Counted from the stretch's first letter, positions 26,291 to 46,338 are shown. The stretch is 64,000 nucleotides of DNA from Eledone cirrhosa (GCA_964016885.1 OZ024753.1:1798001-1862000); one strand, 5' to 3'. Numbers and translations: made by a program. The notes: generated by a model from the letters alone, not told the origin.

Positions 26291-28070
26291 ATATATATAT
26301 ATATATATATATAAAATTTAATATAGAAATGGCTTCTACAGGTCTAGAACTTTCATTCGAAGGAAATCATCAGGAAAGCCCAGATGTATATCTGGAGGAC
26401 CCTGAACTCATGATGGTTTTGTAGAGCTGCTATCATGACATACAGTGTCTTGGGCATTTAAATCTGGTGCAGTCCATTCACCCCCAAGTCTAAACACATC
26501 TGACTCTTTCCTGGGAAATAATAGAAGGAAAGAAGAATAGAAGAATTGACCTCAGTACTGGACTGGACTTTATTTTATCAACCTTGAAATGATGAAAGAC
26601 AAAATTAACTTCAATGGCTTTAGAACTCAGAGTGCAGAGAACCTCATCATCAAATATCTCAAAATACTTTATCCTATGTTCTAATGACCATCAATCCATC
26701 ATATATGTGTGTGTGTGTGTACATTCATGTATGTATGTAAGGAGGTATGTATGTACATTCTAGTATGGCTTTTGTTTATTCAGTTCCTATATATTTATAT
26801 CATTCAGTTTTGTTTTGTTTTTAAACATACATTATAGCTTTATTATGTTGTATAATTATAATTGCTATGGAATGTTTGGCTTAAAGAAGTTTTGCATGGT
26901 CATGAATGCAAATTTTGTCAATATATATTGTTTTAGCTTTTTCAAATGGGGTTTGTTTAAGCAAGCATAGCTAAAAATGTTGTTGCAATTATAAAACATA
27001 ATGAATGTATGTATTATACATACATTCATTATGTATGTATGTAACCATAACTCTTAGTGAAGTCACAGCGGCACCTGTTAACATTTCTCTCTACCACCTC
27101 TAGAACAAAAGGATGACAATAGTCATCTAAACCACATAGTTCTATGAGGCTGTTTGCTTGCAAACAAATCAAATATAATTATTATTCGATATAAAACTCA
27201 CAATTGCAATATTAAAGTTGTTTGGTGCTTATGCTAGAAATAATTTATCCTAATCGTTATGCTGGAGCTTCTTACTACATTATATTCAGCAGTAATTATA
27301 CAAGGTTCATAGGCTGACCAAGATACTCTCATGGAATGACCAAATGAGGTTTATTTTTCAACATAATCCCTGGAAAGAAACATTACAGTTATTAATAAGG
27401 AGATTTCACAGCTCTGACATCACTCCTTCACAGTCAGCCAATGAATTTTTAGCCAACCCTTGTAATTGACTTCAGTTTCAAAAAGAGTATATTGCAAAGT
27501 GTAATGACCACATAAATCACACCAGAATAAAAAGAATAAAATTATAATAAAGCAATTTTATTTTGTTTTCATTTTATTTATTTTTTTCAAACATTTTATG
27601 TTATAAATAACATTTTTTTTACAAAACTACAAAATGAAAATTTTGGAAATCGATCATTTAATGAATAAATTGATAAATACATGGTTGAACTACAACATAT
27701 ACAACTCCTGGCTCTAATCCAAATACTTATTGCATCGCATATTTAACATTATAATGAATGATAATAATAAAAACAATGTTACCAATGTTTAGTGCTTTCC
27801 TAGTTACTGTCACACCACACACACCCTCCTATATGCCACGCACATACACATACAGAGACACATACAAACATACACAGACATATATATACATACAAAGCTG
27901 GCCATAAAATTGCTCAGTATACAAATTAGGCTAATCAGCCAATGTATAACTTTGAGGATACTATGTATTCTCAACAGCTCCAGTGGGTAGCAGTGATGAG
28001 AGAATTTACAATTTTGATAAAGAATAATAATTCTGAAACAATTGTCGACTGTTTTCTCTCTGTATGTATA

Positions 28071-28131
<61 letters not shown>

Positions 28132-28659
28132 TCCTTCAAGTATATATTGCTCCATCTGCCACTCCACCCAGTACTTTCTAGTAGTTGGCAATCCTTTTAT
28201 GATTTGTCTTACTTGTGACATTAGGCCTGCCGGCATGGAGGCCATTGAGACGCCAGGGTGGGATTTGAACTCAGAGTGCAGAAAGATTGAATATATATAA
28301 TGAAAGGCAATCTATTATACATACATACATGACTACTTTGTAGATGTCGAAATTCCAATGAAACAACTTTGCTTCTTTGTTGGAAAGCAACCCATTCTCT
28401 ATTACTTTACATACATTGATAGTTACAAATATACTAATTGTGATAGAGTTGAAAACATGAAAACTAGTTAGAAGAAAAGTTGATTCATCAATGACAAGGA
28501 CAAATCTTGATAACAGGAAATTCTTGTAAAAGATGATTTCATAAATTTTTTTTCTTTACCAAAACTGTGTGATGGTTAATATGAATATTTTTCTATTATT
28601 TATAGTGTTTTTGTGAACTGAATCTAAATTATCTCTACTGCATTAGTAGTACTCAATAT

Positions 28660-28709
<50 letters not shown>

Positions 28710-29129
28710 TTCTAAGGACATGACTAACTAATAAATTATTCATTTTATTATTTCAAAAATGCTTTAGGTGGTGCGCTCTAATTCACTTATAGATTGTCTT
28801 TGAGCAGATAGTAACAGAATTGCATGTATATCAGACATTCATGCCTTAATAGTTGCTTATTCATGCACACACAAACACAGACATAATATACATATATATG
28901 TGTGTGTGTGTGTGAATACATTTACACATGCATACACACAGACAAAATGGTTGACTGAATACACACGTGTGTTTCTTCCTTTTTTCACTCTTTAACTTTC
29001 TATTTCTAATTCTCTCTTCTGATGAAGGTTAAGCATCTGAAATGTTAAGATTCTTTTCCTACTGTATCAAGCATTAAACTAATATTCTCTGTACTGTACA
29101 GCTTGCTTTGTTATTTTCTGTTTATAAAG

Positions 29130-29248
29130 ACATGTATGTGTGTGTGTATATATATATACATATGTATATGTGTGTTTATATATATATATACATATGTATA
29201 TGTGTGTATATATATATACATATGTATATGTGTTTATATATATACACA

Positions 29249-29280
<32 letters not shown>

Positions 29281-29413
29281 CATATGTATACGTGTATATA
29301 TATATATATATATACATATGTATATGAGTATATATATATATTTATATACATGTGTATATATATATATATACACATATGTATGTTTATATATATATATATA
29401 TATACACGTATAT

Positions 29414-29457
<44 letters not shown>

Positions 29458-29633
29458 GTATAAATATAAATATATATATATTATATATACTTATATATAA
29501 ATATATATATATATATATTATATATACTTATATATAAATATATATATATATACATATGTATATATGTGTGTATATATATATATATATATAATACATATGT
29601 ATGTGTGTGTATATATATATATATACATATGTA

Positions 29634-29673
<40 letters not shown>

Positions 29674-29815
29674 CTATATATATATTTATATATATATGTA
29701 TATATACAATATGTATATCTATATATAACATACATATATACATACACATGTATATATACATACATATATGTATGTGTGTGTATGTCTACATATAGTATAT
29801 ATCTGTATGTTATAT
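29130..29815. repeat. Compound (TA)n/(TG)n microsatellite
   Basis: Alternating purine-pyrimidine tract. Confidence 0.95.
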
Positions 29816-29967
29816 ATTGCCACAAATAAATTTCAAGCGAACCAAAATAAGGAAATGACAAACAATAAAAAAAAAACTGCACCATTTCATCATGCAATGC
29901 ACATTAGAAACTCTGAAAGTGTTATTACACCTGCTACTGGGCATCAATGTCATTTGTTCAATTATTA

Positions 29968-30014
<47 letters not shown>

Positions 30015-30018
<4 letters not shown>

Positions 30019-30465
30019 AAAGTCATATTTATATTGTTGGGATACAACAAGCAAATATTTTTATAACTGATATAAAGCACTCAACAAATATTTGGAGTAA
30101 AAATACGATATTAACAAATGGAAACTATATTTATAAAACCATATTTATTTCATTATACATATTTCAAGGACACCAAGTTAAATTATGGTGTGCTTTCATC
30201 AGATAAAATATAATATAGATCAGTTTTATAAATAAATATTGACATACCCTTAAAGAATGCAACCATTGCTGTTGGAAGCTATCTGGGAGCTTCCAACAGC
30301 AATGGTTGCATTCTTTAAGGATATGTCAATATTTATTTATAAAACTGATCTATATTATATTTTATCTGATGAAAGCACACCATAATTTAACTTGGTGTCC
30401 TTGGAATATGTATAAATAATGAAATAAATATGGTTTTATAAATATAATTTCCATTTGTTAATATC

Positions 30466-30469
<4 letters not shown>
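30015..30469. mobile_element. Palindromic Penelope-like remnant with hammerhead motifs
   Basis: ~180-bp inverted arms 30103-30469 with a 7-nt spacer; (TA)n flanks; homologous to 31298-31686 in opposite orientation. Confidence 0.7.
30147..30209 (-). ncRNA. Minimal type I hammerhead motif
   Basis: ATTTTAT-CTGATGA-AAGCACACCA..TGGTGTCCTT-GAAA-TATGTA-TA-ATGAAAT; the + arm copy has GAAA changed to GGAA. Confidence 0.65.
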
Positions 30470-30511
<42 letters not shown>

Positions 30512-30627
30512 ACTTGCATTATATAGATATATATATACACATACTTATATATTTTTATATCTATGTATATACGTGTGTGTGTTTATGTATATGTGTGTAT
30601 GTATATAAATATATGTGTGTGTGTATG

Positions 30628-30659
<32 letters not shown>

Positions 30660-30850
30660 ATGCATTTTGTTTCTACCTTAGGTCATGTTTTCCTTATTAA
30701 AGAGCCGAGGTCTTTATAAAATTTAACACATTAGCTTTTAATCTTTCAGGCCTTGACCTTTAAATTTGTACATACATTCATTTTTACATATGCATACATA
30801 CACACACAGACACACATATATATATATATATATATACATACATTAATATT

Positions 30851-30889
<39 letters not shown>

Positions 30890-31011
30890 CCCGGGTTCAA
30901 TCGGGGGGAACCACAGTAAGTAAGGTACTCAATACAAAGCCGAGTATAAATATTTAATATAGAAATGACTTCTACAGGACTAGAACTGTTTCATTCGGGA
31001 GAAATCATCAG

Positions 31012-31062
31012 GGCTTCCTGATGATTTCACCCGAATGAAACAGTTCTAGTCCTGTAGAAGCC
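31012..31062 (+). ncRNA. Type I hammerhead ribozyme motif
   Basis: GGCTTC-CTGATGA-TTTCACCCGAAT-GAAA-CAG..CTG-TA-GAAGCC: stem I perfect, stem III 3 bp, weak stem II, GUA cleavage triplet. Confidence 0.75.
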
Positions 31063-31263
31063 TTTTCTATATTAAATATATATATACATACATTGATATG
31101 TAACTATATATGTGTATATAGTGGTAGAACACTGGGAGATTATATCTGTAGTAAGTAGCGCACAACGTATTAGCAAACCATCTTCGAGTTGAAAATCCGT
31201 TAGATGAAACATGTTTCCTCAAAGATGGTTTGTTGTTATCTTATGGAACAAACTTTATATATT

Positions 31264-31294
<31 letters not shown>

Positions 31295-31340
31295 GTACAA
31301 TATATTAATAAATGGAAACTATATTTATAAAACCATAATT

Positions 31341-31403
31341 ATTTTATTATATATATTTCAAGGACAACCAAGGCATTCTTGGTGCGCTTTCATCAGATAA
31401 AAT
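31341..31403 (-). ncRNA. Minimal type I hammerhead motif (inverted copy of 31488-31550)
   Basis: Exact reverse complement of the + copy. Confidence 0.72.
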
Positions 31404-31487
31404 ACAAGATTTGTTTAATAAATATTGACATAACTGTTAAGGTTGTTTTTTCCACAGTTATGTCAATATTTATAAAACAAATCTTGT

Positions 31488-31550
31488 ATTTTATCTGATG
31501 AAAGCGCACCAAGAATGCCTTGGTTGTCCTTGAAATATATATAATAAAAT
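31488..31550 (+). ncRNA. Minimal type I hammerhead motif with palindromic stem III
   Basis: ATTTTAT-CTGATGA-AAG...CTT-GAAA-TATATA-TA-ATAAAAT. Confidence 0.72.
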
Positions 31551-32207
31551 AATGATGGTTTTATAAATATAGTTTCCATTTATTAATATATTGAATATTT
31601 ACTCCTGTAAACTGTTGAGTGCTTTATATCAGTTATAAACTTTTAAGCTTGTTGGAATCACAACAAATTAAATATAACTTCTGCATCTATATATATATAT
31701 ATATGTATATGTATATATATGTATATATATATATATATATATTTGTGTGTTTTTCTGTGTATTTGTGTGTGTGTGCATGAATTCTGCATATATATTTATC
31801 AGATTTTCTGAAACATTCAGTAAAGCCTATTGTTTAGTTATATGCAACAGCTGATTGAAACTGTTAACAGGTGGACCTTTCAAACTACACATGACATAGA
31901 TGCTAATTTCCATTCCAGAAACACTTTTGTCATCATTCAACTGAATTGTATAATTGCTAAATAGATTGATAGAAAAACCATGTGGATATGTAATCAGGTT
32001 TACCATACAAATATTAAACATATATCATTATATGTTAATGTACGCCGAGGTTAACTTTGCCTTTCATCCTTACGGGGTCGATAAAATAAAGTACCAGTAA
32101 TGTACTGGGATAATTGGTGGCCTTGTGCCAATAGTAGAAACAATTATATGTTAATGTACATTTATGTGTGTGTTTGTATGTATATGTATGTGTGTGTATT
32201 GTATTTA

Positions 32208-32295
<88 letters not shown>

Positions 32296-33926
32296 TATAT
32301 AAATGTATATATGTATGTGTGTGTGTCTATTATATACATACAAATGTATGTATATATATATATATATTATATATATATATATATACATCTATATACATAC
32401 ACACACACAAATCCATATATATATGTGTGTGCTTGTATGTATATAGTTATATAGATATGTGTGTGTGTGCTTGTGTAGCATCAAAGGTTTTCATAGACTG
32501 CATGAATGAAAACAAGGGCTTTATGTTTTCTACATTGCTGAAATATTATTCATGTTACTCAACATAGTTGCTTGCTACCAAAGGTTTCAAAGCTTGCCCT
32601 TTTATTGGTTATAAAGTTATTTTATGGTCCTGATGGGGATTTCTTTCTCCTCAGCTATGAAATGACGTCAACAAACTTATTTCTTGCCTGCCTGAAGAGA
32701 AGTAAATTCTCAAGGAGACCATAAGATAACTTTATAGCCAATACAAGGGCAAGCTTTGAAACCATAGGGAGGAAGTGACTTTGTTAAGTAACATTAATTA
32801 TATTTACCTCTCTCTCTATTTATATATATATATGTTTATTACATTTGTATCTGAATGTGTGTGTTTGTGAATGTATCTGTTAGTGTGTGTGTGAGAGAGA
32901 GAAAGAGAGAGACAGAAAGAGAGAATAATATCAATGTGTTGCGATACACTGATTTAAGTTTTAATAGTACTCAGTGCAGACGTAAGAGTGTGTGGGAATC
33001 ATTCATGTTCTGAGAGTATAAAACTAGTATTGAAATATTCAATCTCGTTGAGCCACTTCCTCAAGCGTGGATTGTTAATGACCCTGAAATATAGATATTT
33101 ATCATTAGTAAAGCATGGTGCAGTTGATATTAGCAACAAACACAACTTAGCAACATATATTAATGGTAACATGCATAGTTTTTTTAATTGCGGGAAATGG
33201 AATAAAAATCATTTTTTTTTCGTTTCTTTGAAGCAGCAGCTGTAACACTAATAAGAAGCAATAACTAACATCTATGAAAGACTTACCTACCTTATAAAAA
33301 CATTGACAAAAGAAATTTTCATATTTTTTTTGTCAACATGTGGAGATAAATAGGACACGAATGAGTATTTATCACAAAACCTAATGTAGCCCACATGATA
33401 TGTCCACTTGCATTGCTTTAAAAAACACAAATGCATTATTCTACACATCAGCATCGAGTGGTATATATTTTTACATATTTAGATATCCATACGCATGATA
33501 TGCTGACCAAACTCAGCATCAACATTTCCATAAAGAATATCCTCATTCCACCATGGAAATAGTATATATATATATATATATCAGGATAAAATCAGTATTA
33601 AACTTGTTAGATCATTATTCAACAGATTACTCAATACTTGGGCTAGTAGTGTTTGACTATATTAGAAAGAGTTGGGGCCTGATGGCTGAGCTCTTGCAAT
33701 TTCAACAGCTAGTTTCAGTAACAAAACAAGGGGCGTTGTAGCAATGCTGGATTTATTGGGGTGTGTATGTATGTGTGTGTTTGCATGGCATTCACCATTT
33801 TTGTGGTCAGAAGACTTGGATGGTTTAATTGCAGACATGCAGCCAGCTGTTGATGCCACCCAAAATCTCTTAACACTCCCAACTTTTGTCTGTCAACAAA
33901 AGAACTTATATATATATATATATACA

Positions 33927-34026
33927 CAGGGTGTCCCAAAAATTGTATACACACTTCAACAGCATTCTAATAAATAGTGCCTGTACAGGTAATCAAAGTG
34001 TGTATACATTTTTGGAGGACACCTTG
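33927..34026. mobile_element. ~100-bp Tc1/mariner-like MITE
   Basis: TIR CAGGGTGTCCCAAAAATTGTATAC; sits in (TA)n; reverse copy at 50409-50506. Confidence 0.8.
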
Positions 34027-35137
34027 TATATATATATATATATTGTGTGTGTATAGGTAGGTAAAAAGCATGTCATTTAGCGGTTAGGGTGCTGGGCTCA
34101 CAACTGAAAAGTTGTGAGTTTGATTCTTGGCCTGAGCAGTGTATTGTGTTCTTGAGCAAGGAAACTTTATTTCACACTGACTCAGCAGGCAAAATGATGT
34201 GTACCAATAGTTCAAGGAGGAAGCCTTGTTACTGTCACACATTATGACACACTGAATCTCTCTGAGAACTATATCAATGTTACATCTGTCTGTAGCAGAC
34301 ATTTCCATTGATTGAGTCCACTGGAGCACTTGTCATCAGAAACAAAAGGCGTAGAACATGTACACATACATACACACTCACACATATATATATATATAAA
34401 ATATATATATATATAATGTATATATATATATATATATATGATGTATCCATTACAGTGGGATGTCAGCAGCTGTGAACTAGGGAAATATATGCTCTCCACT
34501 GACATCAATAATTTCAGATAAAATACTTAAGTAACAGCACCAGCAGCAGCAGTAGTAGATTATCCAGCGAATTAAGAGCTCCTATCATTTATTCATGCTA
34601 TTACAATTTACAGGAATCAGGTGGAAACAATAATATTAAAATATAAGCAAACAAACAAAAAAGGAAAATAGGAAGAATTCTTAAGAGACTAAAATATTAC
34701 AACAACAACCAAAACAATAACAATAATAAAATAGCAATATTAACAATGGGAGTAATATTTGAAAGAGAATATTAATAGAATAGCATGAATAAATTTAGAA
34801 TGAAAACATAAAAAAATAATTAGAAAATTAGTAATTAAATAAATAAATAAATGAAGAAACAATGAAAGGAGAAAGAATGCTAAAACTAGAAAGCAACAAA
34901 CTTGTAAAAAAAAAAAAGGCAAGGGAAATATAATTATTTTAAAGTAAATTGGATGTGAGGTTAATGTACTGTACTTCTGACAACATAGTCATCAGTTTAA
35001 ATCTGAGTGCAGCTATATACATATATGTATGTTTGTGTGTGTATGTGTGTTTACTAATTTTATATTTCACATATATATATATGTATATATGTATATATAT
35101 ATATTAGATAGATAGAGAGATGTGAGGATATGTAGTG

Positions 35138-35173
<36 letters not shown>

Positions 35174-36053
35174 CCACCATGCAACTCCTCATGCATTGAA
35201 TACTCCCATGATTTGTTGTCTCCTTGGTTTCACCACCACAGACTCTCTCTTTTTCTCCCCTTGATATATATATATCATCCTCATAAGCATCATTTTTGTT
35301 CATTTTTCCATACTTGCATGGGTTGGAGAAGTCTTTTCCAGCACAGTTTACCTCTACTAGTTGTGCTCCTTCATCATCACTTCTATAAGGATCAGTGTTT
35401 AGAGATTCTCTCTCCCTACTGCTACCTAGTTCTTCTTTCCATTGACAACATGTGACACTTCTACAGCCAACAATCACCCTCTGTATGTATCACATGTCCA
35501 TACCAGTTCAATCTTCTCTCCTGTACACTCCATTTGATTCCTCTTATACCCAGTTTTTCTCTAAACTCATCCATGCTTTGCCAGCTATGTACATTAACAT
35601 CACATATTTATTGAAGCATGCTCACATCATTTCTTTGCATATGTTACACTTGCATGCAAACACCATGCAGCTGGCCTTTTATTCATAGAGAGAAAACTTT
35701 TGTTGTCAAAAGAGTTTGCACATCTTTGAACTTTTTCTCTCTGTCTGTCTCTGTCTGTCTGTCTGTGTGTGTGTGTGTGTGCATGTGTGCACATATTTAT
35801 CTGTGTATGAGTGTTTGTATGTGTGCCTGTGTATGTATGCATGTGTATGTGTGTTTGTGTCTGCATGTGTGTGTGTAAATCTCTTTCCTCACCAGAATGG
35901 TCGAGTTAAAATAATTCTGATGAAAGGTAAGGAAGACAAAGATAAACCCTGTTACTTATGTTTTGCTGAGAACTTTAGAATATGTTGCGAAGATTTCATT
36001 TTATAGCAAGACTTTATATGTCTATATATATAGATATATTTTGCTATACTGAA

Positions 36054-36246
36054 ATTTTAGTTTCTGGGGTCTGTTTGCTCTAAACAATATATTTCACCAA
36101 CATTTTAGTTTCTGGGGTCTGCCTGTTCTAAATATATTTCTCCTGTATTTTAGTTTCTGGGGTTATCTGTTCTAAACCATATATTTCTCCAAATATTTTA
36201 TTTTCTGGGGTCTGTCTGCTCTAAACAATATATTTCTCCTATATTT
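36054..36246. repeat. ~48-bp tandem repeat, 4 copies
   Basis: ATTTTAGTTTCTGGGGTCTG...CTAAACAATATATTTC recurs. Confidence 0.88.
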
Positions 36247-36590
36247 TTCCATACTAGTTCTTTTGAGTCATCATCATGCAAGATTTTAATAATTATTTCT
36301 TTATTTTTATTTTATTCTAAAGAAAAAAGGCCCTTTTGTATATGTTTGTTTGTTTTTGGTGATCCTTTGTATGGTTATAGAACCAACAATTTCATCCTTT
36401 TCATTTGTCATGTGAGAATCATGGGGTTTATCCTCTTCATGAAGATGGAGTGACTTAGAAAATGTATAATACATAATACACACTACCTATACTGTTCATA
36501 ACAATAGCTATATTCACCAATACTCCCACTTGTCAATGGTATTATTACCAAACAACTGATTATTATTCTATTTGTTCTGTTTACTAAAAC

Positions 36591-36660
<70 letters not shown>

Positions 36661-37161
36661 AAGTCGGAACAAATACTGTTAAACATATATCTAACATTCT
36701 AACAACTCTCACAATCCCCTGCCCTCAATAATAATAATAATTATTATTTCTAATTTAGGCACATGGCCAACAATTGGAGTAAAGGGGTTAGTTGACTATA
36801 TCGATGCCAGTACTTGAAAGGTACATTATTTTATTGAGACAGGGAGGAAGAAAAGTAAAGATGACCTCAGTGGGATTTGAACACAGAGTAGTGAAAAGTG
36901 TCAGAACAAATAAAGCAAAGGATTTTGTCCAACGTTCTAATGATTCTACCAACTCATCACTCTAATAATAATATTAATAACAATAATATTAATAATTTGA
37001 AAAATGAGGTTTGGTGCACACGTAGGTTTTGGTAAATTTCATTTTTATTCAACCTTGATTTATGAATAATGCAGTAACGTCTTGAAATATCAGCAGATAC
37101 AAATTGTGACATGGTTAGATTCATTGCTAAAATGAATGAAGACACTCGATAATTGTATATA

Positions 37162-38765
37162 CAGTGCCCCACAAAAGTTTACAACACATTAGGAAAAATG
37201 CGGTTTTAGGTATTTTTAATAAAGTTAGGGTAATGAAAATTTAACTACTGATAGAATATATAATGAGGCATTTAATGATACAATTATATTTTTTTTTAAA
37301 TAACAAGGAAATAACTCATGAAGAAAAATCAATATTTTTATAACGCAAAAGTTTACAACACATTTATTAAATCATCTCTTAATATTTTGTAGCGTAACCT
37401 TTGTTGCTAATTACAGCCTGTAGGCATTTGAAGTAGCCTCCTACAAACTTCTTGGCTAATATTTTTCCATTCTTCACAACAAATTTTCTTTAGTTCAGGG
37501 ATATTTTTGGGTTTCCTTTTTTGAATTCTGAGTTTCAGTTTTCTCCACAAATTTTTGATCGAGTTAAGATCTGGAGACTGACATGGCCATTTTAGAACAT
37601 TTGTTCCATTCGTACTTAACCAAGATTGTGTTAGCTTTGCAGTATGCTTTGGATCGTTGTCTTGTTGAAAAAAACCAAACTGGCTTTAAGCTGAGAGAAT
37701 GTGCACTTTGATGTAAATTCCTTTGCAAAATACCTCTATAATAAGCGCCATCCATTCTTCCTTCTATTATTTCAATATTTCCTACACCTGTGGCACTAAA
37801 GCAACCCCAGACCATGACTGATCCACCTCCAAATTTTACAGTTGGAATAGTATTCTTCAGTGAATATTCAGCACCTTTCTTTCTCCAGACTTTTGCCACA
37901 GCATTTCGACCAAAAAGTTCAATTTTTGTTTCGTCCGACCAAAATACATCTTCCCAAAATGACGCAGGTTTGATGAGATGCTCATTTGCAAAGTTTAATC
38001 GACGAAGAACTTGTTTCCTCGTAAGATGTGGTGTTTTCCCTGGAGACCTCGAGAAGATATATCGATGTAGTGAACAACTAATTGTATCTGTGCTCACTTT
38101 TACTCCACTTTCTTCTAGGTCATCCTAAACATTTTAATGAGTACACCGGGGTTCGTTGCCAACCTTTCTCGTCGATAACCGAGCTGCACGTTCCGTTATC
38201 TTTCTAGGACAACCATAACTAATTAGAGGACAGATGGAATGATGAGATTTCAAGTGATGAATTATAGTCCCAACTGAACTTAATGGCACATTTAACTGAC
38301 AAGATATCTTTCTATAACCAACACCATTTGTATGAAGGTCTACAATGCGTTTACGGAGGTCTTGATCAATCAGTTTATTTTTCCCCATATTGTCAATGTT
38401 TACAGGACGGTTGTCAATGCTTACAGGATGGTTGTCAGACAAATAATGACGTAATGTTTTTAATTGTCCTTAGAAGTTACCTTAAACCTAATCTAGAACA
38501 TTCTACTGAATTTTAAATCTGAAAATTTAAGAATTTTCTTGAAAAAAAAGCGATAAATATAAAATGTATTGTAAACTTTTGCGTTATAAAAATATTGATT
38601 TTTCTTCATGAGTTATTTCCTTGTTATTTTTTTTAAAATATGATTGTATCATTAAATGGCTCACTATAGGTTCTATCAGTAGTGAAATTTTCATTACCCT
38701 AACTTTATTAAAAATACCTAAAACCGCATTTTTCCTAATGTGTTGTAAACTTTTGCGGGGCACTG
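37162..38765 (-). mobile_element. Full-length but dead Tc1-family DNA transposon with ~204-bp IR/DR terminal inverted repeats
   Basis: Ends CAGTGCCCC...GGGGCACTG; TA on the left, CA on the right (probable mutated TSD); TIRs 37162-37365 and 38562-38765 each carry two CAAAAGTTTACAA(C/T)ACATT direct repeats. Confidence 0.96.
37379..38388 (-). pseudogene. Tc1 (DD34E-type) transposase pseudogene
   Basis: MGKNKLIDQDLRKRIV (paired-like HTH), WSDETK, TVKFGGGSVMVWGCF, FQQDNDPKH, SPDLNSIKNLW (third catalytic E replaced by K); ORF broken by stops and frameshifts. Confidence 0.93.
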
Positions 38766-38766
38766 C

Positions 38767-44967
<6,201 letters not shown>

Positions 44968-45419
44968 TTGATATGGTTCAGCCAGTACTGGCCCAGGCCA
45001 TGCCTAATTTAGTAACATATACATGAATATATATATATAAACAAAGACATGCATATTATATGTATATACACACATACAAACATACATACACACATAGATA
45101 CATACATATACATTAGATATAAAATTGTTAACCTTGTTTTTTTTTTTTCATTTTGAATATATATATATATGTGAATTAGACTGGTCATTTGTTATCTTCT
45201 AATCTCCACTTAACATATATAGTGAAGCTATAAAGATCCATTTATATACAAACTATAAGTCAAGTACATAGGGAGTATTGCCATATCTGTTTACACTACT
45301 GCTTTCTCAGCAAGGCTTCTAATATAAAAACAACTGCAGCTATGTGTATAATAAATTTATCTCAAATCTTTATGTATGTATGTATGCATATGTGTGTGAT
45401 TCATTTCATTTCATTTCAT

Positions 45420-45741
45420 TTTACGTCCGCTTTTCCCTGCTTGCAAGGGTGGGACGGGAACTGATTCTGGCTTGATTTCTACAGTTGGATGCCCTTCCTA
45501 ACACCAACCTCATTTACAGTGAGTGCTGGGTGCTTTTTTGCCGTGGCACCTCCACGACCACTTTGCAGTGGAATGATAGGGACCCCAGTCTCTATCATCT
45601 CATTTCTACAGCTGAGTAAACTGGGGCAATGTGAAATAAAGTGTCTTGCTCAAGGAAACAACACATCACCCGGTCTGAGAATTGAACTCACAACCTTTCG
45701 ATTGCAAGGCCAATGCTCTAACCACTAAGCCATGTGCCTCC
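45420..45741 (-). mobile_element. tRNA-derived SINE (same family as 2066-2404)
   Basis: Reverse-complement match including A and B boxes. Confidence 0.9.
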
Positions 45742-45858
45742 ATTGATTATTTTTGTTAAATTGTCTATACTGTTTATCTCGAGTTGATTTGTTCTTACAT
45801 TTATTTGTGAATTATCTCCTGTGTATTGTTTAATAGATTTCTATATCTCTGCTCTTGA

Positions 45859-45893
<35 letters not shown>

Positions 45894-46305
45894 TATGTAT
45901 ATGTATTTATATGTATGTATATGTACGCATATATCAAAACATATACATTATATGAAGACTACTCAAACAAACATACAAATACATTTTCACACACACGGAT
46001 ACACATATATATTTACATTTATATACAATGCATTATTTACACACATTATATCATCATCATTTAACTCCATTTTCCACACTAATATATATATGTATATATA
46101 AATATACATGTATATATAAATACATTTATACATATGCATATATCCAATTACATTTATGTATATACATATGCATATATACATACATGTATGTGTGTGTGTG
46201 TGTGTGTATATATTTATATATACACATACATATATACATTTCTCTCTCAATCTCTCCAATATAAATAAATATTTATATACATATTCATAATATCTATATA
46301 TATAC

Positions 46306-46338
<33 letters not shown>

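Larger units (their letters stand above)
31298..31686. mobile_element. Palindromic Penelope-like remnant with hammerhead motifs
   Basis: Inverted arms 31298-31593 plus a unique tail; (TA)n flanks. Confidence 0.7.

Noticed and set aside
35896-35926. Possible 31-nt plus-strand exon (pyrimidine tract-CAG...AAG-GTAAGG)
   Set aside because: Good splice signals, but no partner exons or homology found; needs RNA-seq
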